NCBI RefSeq assembly: GCF_036365525.1
Contig: NC_090410.1
Span: 5,208,001 to 5,272,000, forward strand
DNA: 64,000 nt
Direction of reading: 5' to 3'
DNA from: Heterodontus francisci
Lineage: Eukaryota
Every line of letters starts with the position of its first letter. Position 1 is the first letter of the stretch. Below, one piece after another: positions 1 through 12,520 of the stretch. Under the pieces are notes generated by a model. That model was not told the origin of the DNA. It searched no databases and was given only the letters and a program-made list of their open reading frames with translations. The translations under genes and the position numbers were made by a program.

Positions 1-431
1 AGGAATTAGTCTTCCACTGAATACCTAGTGGAGTTTAAACTTCAGGGCAAACACACAGACGTATGTTTGAAGCAAAATCCTATGTCTGGTGCTGTTACCA
101 AACAGCAATCCAATAATTGTCTCTTTTCCCATCATATCTGTTACTATTCATAGTGATACAGCACAGGAGGCCACCATTCGGCCCATCAAGCCTGTGCTGG
201 CTCTTTGAAAGAGCTATCCAATTAGCCCCATTCCCCTGCTCTTTCTCCATAGTCCTAAATGTTTAGCTTTTTAAGTATTTATCCAATTCCCCTTTTGAAA
301 GTTACTATTGAACCTGCTTCCAGCACCCTTTCAGGCAGCGCGTTCCAGATCACAACAATTCACTGTGTAAAATAAGATGCCTCTTCTCCCCCTGGTTATT
401 TGCATTTTTGGATACAGAAACTCTTGCTTAC

Positions 432-640
432 ACTGCCGAGTTACCCTTCTCAGTGAAGACACGCAGAAGGAATTCTCCCTCTCCATTGGGGTAAGCAGTT
501 GATGGAATGATGACATAGTGGCCGGGCGGAAGGCTGCCTCGCATCATGATCTGGGAGCGGTTCTCGTGCTGTTTTGTGGAGAGCACAGGTGTTGCTTTCT
601 GCAAATCCTCGTAGGTCAAGTAAGCTTTGGTAGGGTCCCC
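432..640 (-). CDS. Calpain exon 11 (C-terminal part of CBSW domain)
   Basis: tctttcacag acceptor, GT|gtaagc donor, 209 nt; GDPTKAYL...LPPGHYVIIPSTAYPNGEGEFLLRVFTEK. Confidence 0.93.
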
Positions 641-759
641 CTGTGAAAGAGAAGAGATGTGGGGTGGGGGGAGAGGGGGGGGGGGGGGGGGATGTAGTTA
701 TTGATTCAGAGAGAGGGGTGATGGCGGAAGAGCACTGGGACCACACAGTGCGATCTTAC

Positions 760-923
760 CTTAAAGATGTCAAGCCCCACACACAGCAAGTTGATTCCCA
801 TTTGCCACCTGTGTTTCTGCATCAAGACCACGAGGAACGTGCAGGTCACCTCGGGGTCATCAGGATCATCGTCTTCTTCAAACAGAGTGAGCTTAAACTG
901 TGGGTTCATCCAGTAGTACTTGT
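760..923 (-). CDS. Calpain exon 10 (CBSW domain, acidic loop)
   Basis: ctttcag acceptor, AAG|gtaaga donor; YWMNPQFKLTLFEEDDDPDDPEVTCTFLVVLMQK. Confidence 0.94.
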
Positions 924-1824
924 CTGAAAGGAGATCAAAAAGAATCACCCAGAGACGTACTGCACCACTCGGCATCTGATTCAGGCCTGGCCATCGAGTG
1001 CTCGACACAGAAACAGCTCCCATCCTTCATGGCACAATACCCACACACTAACTCAAGGGCAAGCCGTCGGACATTGGGATTAGGAGCCATTATGATGCTC
1101 CATTCTCGGTGCTGCGAGTCACTAACAATGGACATGCATTGTAAAATCAGCCATTCAAAAGAGTATTATCAAACAAAATTTGACACTGAGCCACATAAGG
1201 AGATAGTAGGACAGGTGACCAAAAGCTTGGTCATAGAGGTCGGTTTTAATGAGTATTTTAAACGGAGGAGAGAAAGAGAGCGCGAGAGAGTGAGAGATGC
1301 AGAGAGGCTTCGAAAGGGAATTCCAGAACTTCGGTCCTAGACAGCTGTAGACATAGCTGCCAAAATTGGGAATCCGCAAGAGGCCAGAATTGGAGGAGCG
1401 CAGAGATCTTGAAGGATTGTAGGGCTGGAGGAAGTTACAGAGTAAAGAGGCTGTGGAGGCGTTTCCTGACCAGTGTAGGTCAGCACACACAGGGATGTTG
1501 GGGGAATGGAACACAAGAGTTTGGATATGGGCAGCAGAATTTTGGGTGAGTTCAAGTTTGCAGAGGGTACAAGTTGGGAATCTGTGCACACATAGGTGAA
1601 AACAGGGTTAACTTGGCTGTGAAGCCCCTCACAGTCAAACATCCTGGTGACATTCATTCAACGTACAAAGAGCAGCACCTTGGACAATATATAGGAGGGA
1701 GCTGCTGGCATCCATACAACTGGAGCCGAGAATTAGTTAGGGTTAATGAGGGGAGGCAGAAGACTGGTAACGGGGTGTGGAAAGTAGGAAGGGAAGTGTT
1801 TGCTGAAGCTCAGTTGTGTCCTAC

Positions 1825-1991
1825 CTTTGTAAGCTAAGCTGCCTCCGGCTGAGAACCCCCGAACCCAACGGCCCTCATACATCATCTGTACCCAGGGCTT
1901 CAGCTTCCCATCCGGATTGGACAGCTGATCCAGGCTCAGGTGGCAAATTTCCACATTGACAAAATTTTTCTTGAAGTCCTGAATGGACATC
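1825..1991 (-). CDS. Calpain exon 9
   Basis: ttaattag acceptor, G|gtagga donor; MSIQDFKKNFVNVEICHL...EGRWVRGFSAGGS. Confidence 0.94.
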
Positions 1992-2741
1992 CTAATTAAA
2001 GCAAACATGGAAAATAATCAGATTAATGAGTGGCAGGGTAGGAACAACAGATCATATCCACTCTCAGTCATTAATTATGCCATCAGCTGTGGCTCAGTGG
2101 GTAACTCTCTGGCCTCAGAGTCAGAAAGTTATGGGTTCACGTCCCACTCGAGGCCATAATCCAGACTGACACCTCCCAGGGGAGTACTGAGTGAATGCTG
2201 CACTGTCAGAGGTGCCGTCCTTCAACAACAACTTGTATTATCACACCTTTAACACAATTAAATAACCCAAGACATTTCACAGGAGTGTTACAAAGCAAAA
2301 TTAGACATTGAGCCATAAAAGGTGACATTAGGACAGATGACCAAAAGCTTGGTCAGAGAGGTAGGTTGTAAGGAGCATCTTAAAAAGGGGAGGGGTTTAG
2401 GGAAGGAATTCTAAAGAAACCTTCAGGCAGCTGAAGGCACGGCCACCAACAGTGAGACGTTAAACCCAAGAACCCCTTCTGCCCCCTCACCCTAACCCGA
2501 ATCTAATGGGGGAAAAGAGACAGGCACGATGAGGCTGTGGAGGGATTTGAAGATAAAGCTGAGATCTAATGTTCAATGTGTTGCAGGACTGGGCGGCAGC
2601 GTAGGTCAGTGAGTCGTGCAGGGCCTGAGCCAGACAACTTCACTGTAGCACAACGAAGAGCAGGGGGGGTGAAAGAGAAGAAAGAGAAGTGGAGGAGGGA
2701 GGCTGTTGCTAGAAAATGTACAATCAATCAATGTCACTTAC

Positions 2742-2813
2742 CAAAACTCTCCATCTTCCAAGTGCGCAAACTGCGGAAGGTTTTTGTCAGTGACTTGGCT
2801 CCACTCTGCAGAC
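2742..2813 (-). CDS. Calpain exon 8
   Basis: tgtgcag acceptor, TG|gtaagt donor; SAEWSQV...LEDGEFW. Confidence 0.93.
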
Positions 2814-3173
2814 CTGCACATAAAGATTGCTGTAATGTAACATCACACTGTTCAAAGATATAACCCTGAGCACAATGGCAATGAAGCCAGGCTGACAACA
2901 CAGGGCACATAGTCAGTATGGAACACTCCAGAATGCCAGGAACGGTCCTGTCCAGCGACCTAGTCTAGGGAGAGTAGCAGCAGTTGGAGAGAGTGAGACA
3001 AGGGCACATTCTGCACAATCCCCAAGACTGACTGTCCTTCCAACAAGAGTCATCAACTTCAAGCTCAAATGTTTTAAGTAATGCTTCTTGCAATCTTCCT
3101 TGTATTTTGTACACATCCACTTGTGTTTATACAGCATTTTTAACATGGTAAGATGTAGTCATTTGGTAGTATA

Positions 3174-4185
3174 GAACTTGAGTATTGCTGAAAACAGACA
3201 TTTTGTCAAAGCTTTTCGTCTTGCATTCATCAGGACAATCTGCAAAAATACCAAGGTAAGGGAAAGCAAGAAAGAGTGCTGATTGGTGGGCAAGTGGACT
3301 CTGACTGGTAGAGGCATGGTCATGGAGAATGCACCAGTTTATGGTGACTGACAGTTAACTGCCAAGCTTTGTTTGAAATTTAAATCAGGCAGTTTAACTC
3401 TGATCAGTCGAGGCATTGCCCTGGGCAATGATCCTGCGAATGGTTGTCAATTATTTTGTTTAGCTGAAACAGCAATGTGTACACACGTTCTTTCTGTCTG
3501 CAAAGAACAGGGCCCTGTGTGTTAATATATGTAGCTTCCAGTACGTGCAAATGTGCCACACTGCAAGCCCGACTGACAAGTTAAATTGGTTGTCAGTGTA
3601 ATTCTAAGCATACTGTGGATTATTTAGCAAACGTAGTCTTATCGAGGAATCACATCTAATGTTGGACACTGTGTTTTGAGTTTTGCAAGCACGGGATGGT
3701 TGGGTACGGTCTCTACCTTGCCCGTTGTGAACAGAGATAGGGGCACTCTGATATGATCGGCCAGTCTTTGGGATGTTCGGTCTATATACCTAGCATCACA
3801 CTGGCATTGAAATTCATATCCCATTACTCATTTGTGTGATAGACAATGTCTTTTTTGGCTCGACGGCAGCATCCAATTAATGGCAAACACCACACGTGTT
3901 GCGCCTGCATAGTAGCAGCACGAAACAGCTGGCTTCACCTGTTTGGGATACAATAATTTGAGGTGGACTGGGCACTATTTGTGCAATATTTAGCGAGAAA
4001 TGATCTGATCAGGGTAGCCATGGTCACACAGGATGGCTTTGATTCGCCCTATTTCAGCATCAAGCTTGCACAGTGAGCAAGTGGCTCAGGCCCTATTTAT
4101 GAGATTGCCGATAAATTTGTTGCTTTCCCTTACATTGATATCCTTGCGATTTGTCCTGATGACTTCAAGACAAAAAGCTTCAACA
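3174..4185 (-). mobile_element. Penelope-like retroelement fragment (decayed GIY-YIG endonuclease) with inverted terminal copy
   Basis: ORF 3639-3824 YEFQCQCDARYIDRTSQRLADHI resembles a PLE GIY-YIG domain. The terminal segment at about 3174-3255 recurs inverted at about 4140-4185. Confidence 0.75.
3203..3238 (-). ncRNA. Minimal type-I hammerhead ribozyme motif in Penelope terminus
   Basis: TTGTC-CTGATGA-ATGCAAGAC-GAAA-AGCT-TT-GACAA: stem I TTGTC/GACAA, core boxes CUGAUGA and GAAA, palindromic AAGCTT stem III. Confidence 0.7.
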
Positions 4186-5555
4186 CTACTCACAGTAAAA
4201 TGTCCCAAGACACTTCATAGTAGCATAACCAAGGCAAATAATTTATCACTGAGCCACAGAAGGAGATAGAGTAAGTGTTCTAAAGCCTGGTAAAAGATGT
4301 AGGTTTTAAGGAGCGCCTTAAAGGAGGCAAGAGGGGGAGCGAGGCAAAGAGGATTCTGCAGCTTAGGGTCCAAACAGCTGAAGACACGACCATCAATAGT
4401 GGAGCGATTAAACTGTACAAGAGGTCAGAATTGGAGGAGGGCAGAGATCTTATAGGGTTGGCAGAAATCACAGATAGGGAGGGGGTGAGACAATGTTCTC
4501 AACAGTAACAAGACTTCTACAAAGGATGCGGATCTCAGTGGGTGAACTCCCTCAAGTCAAGCAGCCCTTAGACACGTCGCACTGATTCATTATCGAGCAG
4601 GACTGATACGCAGCTGGTGGCAGATAGGAGTTAAACCTCCCAGACTGGATGATCTGTTGACACATTTAAAAGAGGCACAATTCAATTTGAAGATTAACAA
4701 ACTAAAAACTTTTAACACCTTCACAAATTGAAATCTGCCCAGAATTAATTGAATAGCAGAGAAAGAAAACAAAACTGTACATCTGAAATAGAGAACAGAA
4801 AATCCCAAGGATACACAGCAGGTCTGGCAGCATCCGATGAATCTTTCAGTTAGAGACCTTTCCCAGTTCTTTATCCCTAATTATATGTGTGAACAAGTCA
4901 AGGGAGGAGAATAACCGGTAGAGTGATATGCGAGTAACTGAAGGTAACTCCATTTCCCAGGGAGACTACCTCCCTGTAGGGAAATGTGAATCCTCTCTTG
5001 ATAATGCCTCCCCCACCTCCTCCGTTAATGCAGACACGATGTAGAAATAATATAGTCTGCCACTCCAATGAAGTACTGACGGAGTGCTGCACTGCCAGAG
5101 GTGCTGTCCTTCTAATGAGATGTTTAAATCGACGCCCCGTAAGATGCTTCAGGTTGACATTAAAAGCACTACGTGAAGAGAGCAGGAATTGTTCCCAGTG
5201 TCTGGAACAACATTCTGTCTTGCACTAAAAATAGATTAACTGCTATTTATTTCATTGTTCTTTGTGGGATCTTGCTGTGTACAATGACTGCTGAATTCAT
5301 CTACGTAACAGTGACTACACTCCAAAGCAGTTCATGTGAAGTGTTTTAGGGAGTTTCTGAGCTGTATGCAAATATGGCTTTGTGTCCTACACTGCTACAC
5401 TAAAGCCAAAAGTCCAACCCAAACATGCGATGCTTAGATCACTCAGAGAACCCAGTCTTGCATTAGACATGGTAATCACCATCCAGCTGTGGAAGATCAA
5501 AGCACACACCCAAACTGGCTCCACAAAACGGTTTCTCTCAAAGTCCTGGACTTAC

Positions 5556-5641
5556 CCATCACTCCAAGCCCCATTCCACTCCACTCTTCCCCATGGATTG
5601 CGAACTCGCACCAACTCCACTCTGCTGGTCTTGAGCTGAAC
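5556..5641 (-). CDS. Calpain exon 7 (catalytic Asn)
   Basis: gtgcag acceptor, GG|gtaagt donor, 86 nt; [21 protein letters not shown]. Confidence 0.96.
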
Positions 5642-6892
5642 CTGCACAACCAGCAAAAGAGAAGCAATTAACGAGTCGGGAAACTCCTAATGATCCCAAC
5701 CTGCAGCAGGTGAATTACTGATAATCGGCAGTGACCTCAAAGTGGGAACTGATTGTCGAATAAGAACGGAGTGTAGTGATTAAAAAAAAAGACATTTCCA
5801 TTTTAGGAAAGATGCCAAGGTGTTGGAGATGGCCATGGAAGAAATTTACCAGAATGGTACCAGGGATTAAGGACTTTTTCAGTTATATGGAGACTGGAGA
5901 AGCTGGTGCTGTTGTCCTTCAAGCAGAGGTGGTTAATGAAAGAGTTAATAGAGCATTCACAATTTTGAATGGAGTAAATAAGGAGAAACTGCTTCCACTG
6001 ACTGAGGGTTCGGTAACCAGAAGACAGAGATTTGAGATCATTGGCATATGAGCCAATAAGGAGATTTTTTTTCTTTTAAATGCAGCAAATGATGATGATT
6101 TCGAATGTACTGCCTGACAGGGCAGTGGAAACTGATTCACTGGTAACTTTCTACAGAGAACTGGAAAAATAACATTGAAGGGGAGAAAATTGCAAGGCTA
6201 TGGTGAGTGGAACTTTGTGGATTGGTGAGAAACAGCTGGCATAGGCACAACAGGGCAAATAGGATTCTATGATACCAAGCCTGTCCTGCTGGCTCAGTAG
6301 CCAATTTGAGCACAGCAAGATCCCACAAGCAATGTGACATTGAACAGAAAATCTGTTTCAGTGATGTTGGTTGAAGGATAGATATTGGCCAGGGAGAACT
6401 CCCCTGCTCTTCTTCGAAATAGTGGCCGTGGGATCTTTCATGTCCACCTGAGTGAGCAGACGGTTTCGGATTAATATCTCATCTGAAAAACAATGGATGT
6501 TGGATACGGGAGGCAGGGGCATCCCCTATAAGAAAGAAATCAGCGTTATGGAGGGAGTGTGGGAGGGGGGAGAAAAATCAGGAAGATGCGGAATTCAGTT
6601 CTTCACGGCACTGCAGCTTGACACATTGACATGACCACTGCAGCCGAAGGTTCAAAGTTCACCGCTGCTGTGTTCTGGGTCATGACTGACCTGCCACGAG
6701 GAGGAAACAAACAACAAGAGGGGAGAAATTGTTAGAGGGAGAGTTATTCCAACCCATTTCCAGGGGCAGGGAGGTAACCCGTTCATTCCTTCAGCCACAA
6801 GCATGTCCTCCAGAGAAAGTGCAAGGATTCACAACTTATCAAAAACAAGTGAATTTGGGAAGGATTCAGTTCACATTACAGGAACAGCTCAC

Positions 6893-6964
6893 CTGGTCCA
6901 CACCAGTCACTGAATACGCATGCCAAGTTACAATGCCTTGTTCATTTACTACTCCCATTGGACC
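6893..6964 (-). CDS. Calpain exon 6 (catalytic His)
   Basis: gtgcag acceptor, CAG|gtgagc donor; GPMGVVNEQGIVTWHAYSVTGVDQ. Confidence 0.94.
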
Positions 6965-7166
6965 CTGCACAGACAATATGAAGGAGATTGAATAGCACAG
7001 GCTAGGTTATGAAACCTTTACTAAATTCTTGTTCTCAGTTATTCATCATAGTAACCTTGCCATTAAAGGGTAACTGGTATCTCCAAATTCCTAGACATTA
7101 TAAAGAGCCACACCTCCTGGTCTTTCATTTGCCCCTTGTCACTGTGTTTTATGTTTAACTGAAACA

Positions 7167-8023
7167 CTGACAGATCTACCCCGCTCCATCTCACCGCTAC
7201 GCCGACAGAGCTACCCCATTCCCTCACCGCCTAACCGACAGAGCTACCCCATTCCCTCACTGCTACGCCGATAGAGCTACCCCATTCCCTCTCACTAACC
7301 GACATAGCTACCCCATTCCCACACCGACAGGGCTACCCCATTCCCACACCGACACACCGACAGGGCTACCCCATTCCCTCACCGCCACACCGACAAAGCT
7401 ACCCCATTCCCTCACCGCCACACCGACAGAGCTACCCCATTCCCTCACCGCCACACCGACAGAGCTACCCCATTCCCTCACCGCCACACCGACAGAGCTA
7501 CCCCATTCCCTCACCGCCACACCGACAGAGCTACCCCATTCCCTCACCGCCACACCGACAGAGCTACCCCATTCCCTCACCGCCACACCGACAGAGCTAC
7601 CCCATTCCCTCACCGCCACACCGACAGAGCTACCCCATTCCCTCACCGCCACACCGACAGAGCTACCCCATTCCCTCACCGCCACACCGACAGAGCTACC
7701 CCATTCCCTCACCGCCACACCGACAGAGCTACCCCATTCCCTCACCGCCACACCGACAGAGCTACCCCATTCCCTCACCGCCACACCGACAGAGCTACCC
7801 CATTCCCTCACCGCCACACCGACAGAGCTACCCCATTCCCTCACCGCCACACCGACAGAGCTACCCCATTCCCTCACCGCCACACCGACAGAGCTACCCC
7901 ATTCCCTCACCGCCACACCGACAGAGCTACCCCATTCCCTCACCGCCACACCGACAGAGCTACCCCATTCCCTCACCGCCACACCGACAGAGCCACCCCA
8001 TTCCCTCTCATTGTTACACTGAC
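7167..8023. repeat. 33-bp minisatellite in calpain intron 5
   Basis: Unit CCGACAGAGCTACCCCATTCCCTCACCGCCACA, roughly 25 copies, near-identical in the centre and decayed at the edges. Confidence 0.97.
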
Positions 8024-8499
8024 AGGTATCTCACAATCCCTTTCAATGAAACACTCATAGATCCTAAGCCTCTCACAGTAACATTCACAAAGCATTTTTA
8101 ATGTACAAAACATCACAAAGGTGTTTTACAGTGAAATAATCCAAACAAACGGACACCGAGCTAAAGGAGGAGCGACCAAAAGGAGGTGTTAGAAGGAGAA
8201 TGAGGTGGAGCAGTTTAGGGAGTGTGGGGCCTACGCAGCTGAACGCACCGCCCCTCATGGCTGGGATAACAGGAGTGGGGAAGAGGAATGAAAAGTTCCA
8301 GAGAGTGGAGGAGATTTGAACAAAAAATTGCATTTATATAGTGCCCTTATAATGTGAAAGTAAACATCTCAAGCTGCTTCACAGATGTTGAATTAAGATT
8401 AGAGGTGTTGTGGGACTCTGAGCCAACGTAGGTCAGAGAGAACACGGGTGAACGGTGCTCTCATTTCTTCAACCCCACTTGATATTGGTAACCCATTAC

Positions 8500-8668
8500 C
8501 GGCTTAGCACAGCAGACGATCGAGTTTTTCTGCAGGAGCTTTCGCAGAAATTTCCAAAGATCCTTTGGCATCTCATTGATCTGAAACGATTCAGGGGCTC
8601 CCCCGGTGAGATCAACCATTGCTTCTAATGGGTAACCAAGGTACAGAGACATATAGCAGCCCTTCAGC
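8500..8668 (-). CDS. Calpain exon 5
   Basis: cctcag acceptor, CCG|gtaatg donor, 169 nt; LKGCYMSLYLGYPLEAMVDLTGGAPE. Confidence 0.94.
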
Positions 8669-9624
8669 CTGAGGAATAACAAAACCAGAAAAAGAAATGG
8701 CTCATTAAACAAAGTCATCTTATAACATACACCAAGTCCAGAGTACTGGGAGGTTTCTTCCCCTCTGACTTTGTTCCCTTATCTCAAGTCCTTTCCCCAG
8801 TTTTCCTGAAGGTGCTGACTCTTCCTGAGGCACAGAAGCAGAGATGCCAGCTACCTTGTGCCACCTTGTTCACACAGCATTCTTCCCCTCTTAGCCTTCA
8901 GGCACTCCCTTATTACTGCACTGGGAGTGTCAACTCCAAATCTTTGGAGGGTAACGTGCACCCACAATCTTCTCACTCGGAGGTGAAAATGCTACCCAGT
9001 GAGCCACAGGTGAGCTAAATTAACTCAAAGACCAAGAACTGAACTTGTTGCCTCCTAGGTTTGTGTGGCTCAGTTACTCTTTAAGAACGTAAGAAATAGG
9101 AGCTGCAGTAGACCATTCGGCCCTTCGAGCCTGCTCCACCATTCAATAAGATCATGGCCAATCTTCTACCCCAACTCCACCTTCCTGCACTGTTCCCATA
9201 TCCCTTGTTCCCTTAGTACCCAAAAAGCTATTGATCTCAGCCTTGAATACACACAACTAACTGAGCATCCACAGCCCTCTGGGGTACAGAGTTACAAAGT
9301 TTCACAACCCTCTGAGCAAAGAAATTTCTCCTCATCTCAGTTTTAAATGGCCGACCCCTAATTCAGACACTGACACTCTCAGGCTAGACTCTCCAGCCAG
9401 GTGAATCAGCCTCTCAGTATCTACCCTGTCAAGCCCCTTTCAATGGGATCACCTAACCTCTAAGGAATATAAGCCTAGTCTACTACTGACTGGCATCTCC
9501 TCGAAAGTCAATCCCCTCATCCTAGGAATAAACCCATTGTGCCAACAGTACAGCTGCCCTCCATTTGGGTGCAGTATCGCCCAGTCCCAGTGTAGGCATC
9601 ACACAATTCTCAGAACACACTTAC

Positions 9625-9758
9625 TTAGCATAGGCTTTCTCCAGGAGAGGGCTCCAGAACTCATTGTTGTCTTTGGAGTAAAGGAATTGCAACTTTTTGT
9701 TGTTGGTGGGCAGCCGATCATCCACCACTACCTCGATCCACTGCCCATATTGCCAGAA
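9625..9758 (-). CDS. Calpain exon 4
   Basis: ttcccaag acceptor, AA|gtaagt donor, 134 nt; [18 protein letters not shown]...[14 protein letters not shown]. Confidence 0.96.
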
Positions 9759-10004
9759 CTTGGGAAATGACAAGACGGACAAAACATTAGTAACATTAAC
9801 AACTGACCTGATTCTCTCTTACAGGAGTTGGTGGCACTGCCCTGGAGCAGGGCTTGAACCCTCAACCTTCTGCCTCAGAGGCAAGATTGCCACCCTTTGA
9901 GCCTAGGCTGAGATATAGCACCCAACACTTGTTTGTGCAAGAGAACATTGGCAATTAACACTGGCACATCAGAGACAGTGGACAGATAAACAATCGAGAC
10001 TTAC

Positions 10005-10123
10005 CTTAAAGCGGAATCTCCCCGTGTAACCTTCTCCAAATCCCTGGTCAGGGGGTAAAACCTGTTTCATCACATGCTTATTGAGACTGAGACAGGCAAC
10101 GACAGACAGGAACCAGCAGTCAG
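10005..10123 (-). CDS. Calpain exon 3 (catalytic Cys codon at 10116-10118)
   Basis: ttgttag acceptor, AAG|gtaagt donor, 119 nt; (A)DCWFLSVVACLSLN...VLPPDQGFGEGYTGRFRFK. Confidence 0.96.
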
Positions 10124-11397
10124 CTAACAACAAGGACAGGCATGTGTTAACAACTGGAGAAAGAAGAGGGGCTTTATACAGACCGCAGACAGAGAAACTA
10201 CAGGTGGCCTGAATGCTGCTTGTGGCTCAGTGAGTAAATGCATCACCTGGTGTGGCACTGAGTCATACCAACCAGAAAGGTTTGACCCTCGTTCTGTGTG
10301 AAGTTAACCAGTGCAGCAGCCTCAGTGCCAGCCACAATCAGCCTCAGTACCACAATGCTGCCAGGGCCCCGCGATTCTCTGCTGCAGTATGACTCTACAA
10401 TGTTTATTGTTCAATTCATTCCCGGGATGTGGGCATCACCGGCAAGGCTGGCATTTAAGCCCATCTCTACTTGCCCTGAGGAGGTGGTGGAGGAACTGCT
10501 TGTTGCTGCTTGGTACAATTGATTGTGGCTCTCTAGGTCACTTCAGAAAGCAGTTAAGAATCAACCACGTTGGGGTAGAACTAGATTCATATATAGGTTG
10601 GGATCTAGGCAAGGACGGCGGGTTTCCTTCCCTACAGGACGCTAGTGAACCAGTTGGTTTTTTTATGAAAATCCAACAGCTTTGAGGTCACTTTTTAAAA
10701 TTATAGTTCTATGGGTTCTGGAGAAGAAGAAGAAGAAATGGGGGAAGGGAGGGAAGGAAAGAGGTGTAAGATTGGCTTGTTAACTTACATGTGAGTTTAT
10801 AGAGTAAAGAAAATGGTAAATCTGGTTGCAAGTTCCTCATCATTTCTTTCTCTACTCATTTAGGGAAGCAACCCAAGTCTAGGACCCTGTCCTCACCAGA
10901 CTTTTATCCCTCTCCAACCTTTTTTGAATCTTGAAGGCATCACTCACCAGCACTTCTCCAAAGTAGCTATTATTAGCGAGCTGTCTTCAGGCTATTTGAC
11001 TGCAGACAACCTCGCAGTTGAACCCAATGCTGCCTGTGCAAACACACTGTCCAGCAAGGGTCACTAGATATCAATCAGGAGTAAGGAACCACGTCTGATT
11101 TCCCTGTAGTTATCCAGGACGTTGTGGAAACTTGTAAAATCCCTAACCAGTGCCCTGACTGCAGTCAGCTAGCCTCGGCACAGATGGAAGCTCAGAATCA
11201 AGCCTTCCCAGTCCATAGTTGCCAGAAGGTTTGGAAAGAGATGCTCATAATCAACCCCATCCTCCCTTTGGGGTATGATCCCGTTATCCACTTTACAGTT
11301 TTCCCAGGGCTCGTTTTCCAAAAACTCTCGCTCTCTCTACAGTGTAACCCCACATGAGGAAATGTATTTAATTTTAACCCAGGTCATTGATTCTCAC

Positions 11398-11467
11398 CCA
11401 AGGATCCCTGGCAGATGTCTGTTCTGGTGGTTCCGTCAACAATGAACTGAGGATTGGCACAAATTTC
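11398..11467 (-). CDS. Calpain exon 2
   Basis: tttcaacag acceptor, G|gtgaga donor, 70 nt; [23 protein letters not shown]. Confidence 0.96.
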
Positions 11468-12392
11468 CTGTTGAAAGTAAATCAGCATAAAATAGTTAGA
11501 GGCAACTTATAGCGGTTTTAATTAAGAATCTCGAAACACTCATTGAAAGGAGGCCACTCACATAGACTGTAAGCTATGATCTCAAACTCAGCTTTTCAAG
11601 ACAACATTTTAACCTTCCCGACTGAAAGAATGGTTTGTTTCTGGTGTCATAATGTGCTGCATTTTACTTCTGAACACAGAGCTGAATAAATTAAAAATTA
11701 ATGAGCACCTTTCATGTTCTGAGGGTAAGTGGATCTCCATCCTTTACAACATTCTGCTAATCCAACTGCCCCCCCCCCACCACCCACCCCACCTGTCCAG
11801 TCCTGGAAAACATCCCGTATACTCCATGCTATCTGATACCCTTCCCCCTCAACCATACCCAGCTACCTACGCCCCAGTGATGGAGAGCCTTGGGAAGCAT
11901 AGGTTCAAAGTCACATGCTCCTCCCAAGCACGCTACACTTACCACATGTCATATCTCAAACTACTCATGTGCTGCCTCCATTGCATAGAGCAGATGTGTT
12001 TGTGCAAACGATCTTCTTGCTAACGGTGACACCCCAAAAATACAGCTCATGCTAATAAATTTTAATAAATTTTTCATAAAACTGTTGTGATGTGATGCAG
12101 TCCTTTGGTGCCAAAAAACAGCTTGGCCACATGTGTTAGGGCTGCCAGCTCTGGTTGGAATATTCCTGGAGGTTTCATCACATGACCTCTTGCCTCCAAC
12201 TGGCCCCATTGATCACTCAACAGGTTAGTATTTGTGATGCACTGCTTTCCCACAATCTAGAAACAGAGTCTTTATTGTCTGATTGGATGACCCTTAACTC
12301 TCAGTCAAACAGCATTTTTACCGCATCTCCAATATTTTTATAACTAGTCATTTGGTCATCCAGAACTTGAGTATTGCTGAAAATAGAGATAT

Positions 12393-12428
12393 TTGTCAAA
12401 GCTTTCCATCTTGCACTCATCAGGACAA
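12393..12428 (-). ncRNA. Minimal hammerhead motif (Penelope terminus, copy on minus strand)
   Basis: TTGTC-CTGATGA-GTGCAAGATG-GAAA-GCT-TT-GACAA. Confidence 0.6.
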
Positions 12429-12484
12429 TTCGCAAGAATACCGATGTGAGAGAAAGCAACAAATTTATACTGTATTCTTGCAAA

Positions 12485-12520
12485 TTGTCCTGATGAGTGC
12501 AAGATGGAAAGCTTCAACAA
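12485..12520 (+). ncRNA. Minimal hammerhead motif (Penelope terminus, copy on plus strand)
   Basis: TTGTC-CTGATGA-GTGCAAGATG-GAAA-GCT-TC-AACAA; inverted partner of 12393-12428. Confidence 0.6.

Noticed and set aside
6-24. Possible short terminal calpain exon (cactag|G TAT TCA GTG GAA GAC TAA), which would give a calpain without the PEF domain
   Set aside because: Weak acceptor, no sequence similarity, and at the window edge; the real next exon more likely lies outside the window
7308-7982. 224-aa repetitive ORF (VGVAVREWGSS)n
   Set aside because: By-product of a 33-bp intronic minisatellite; no ATG start or splice support
7167-8023. CRISPR-like appearance of the regular repeats
   Set aside because: Head-to-tail units without unique spacers, in a vertebrate intron
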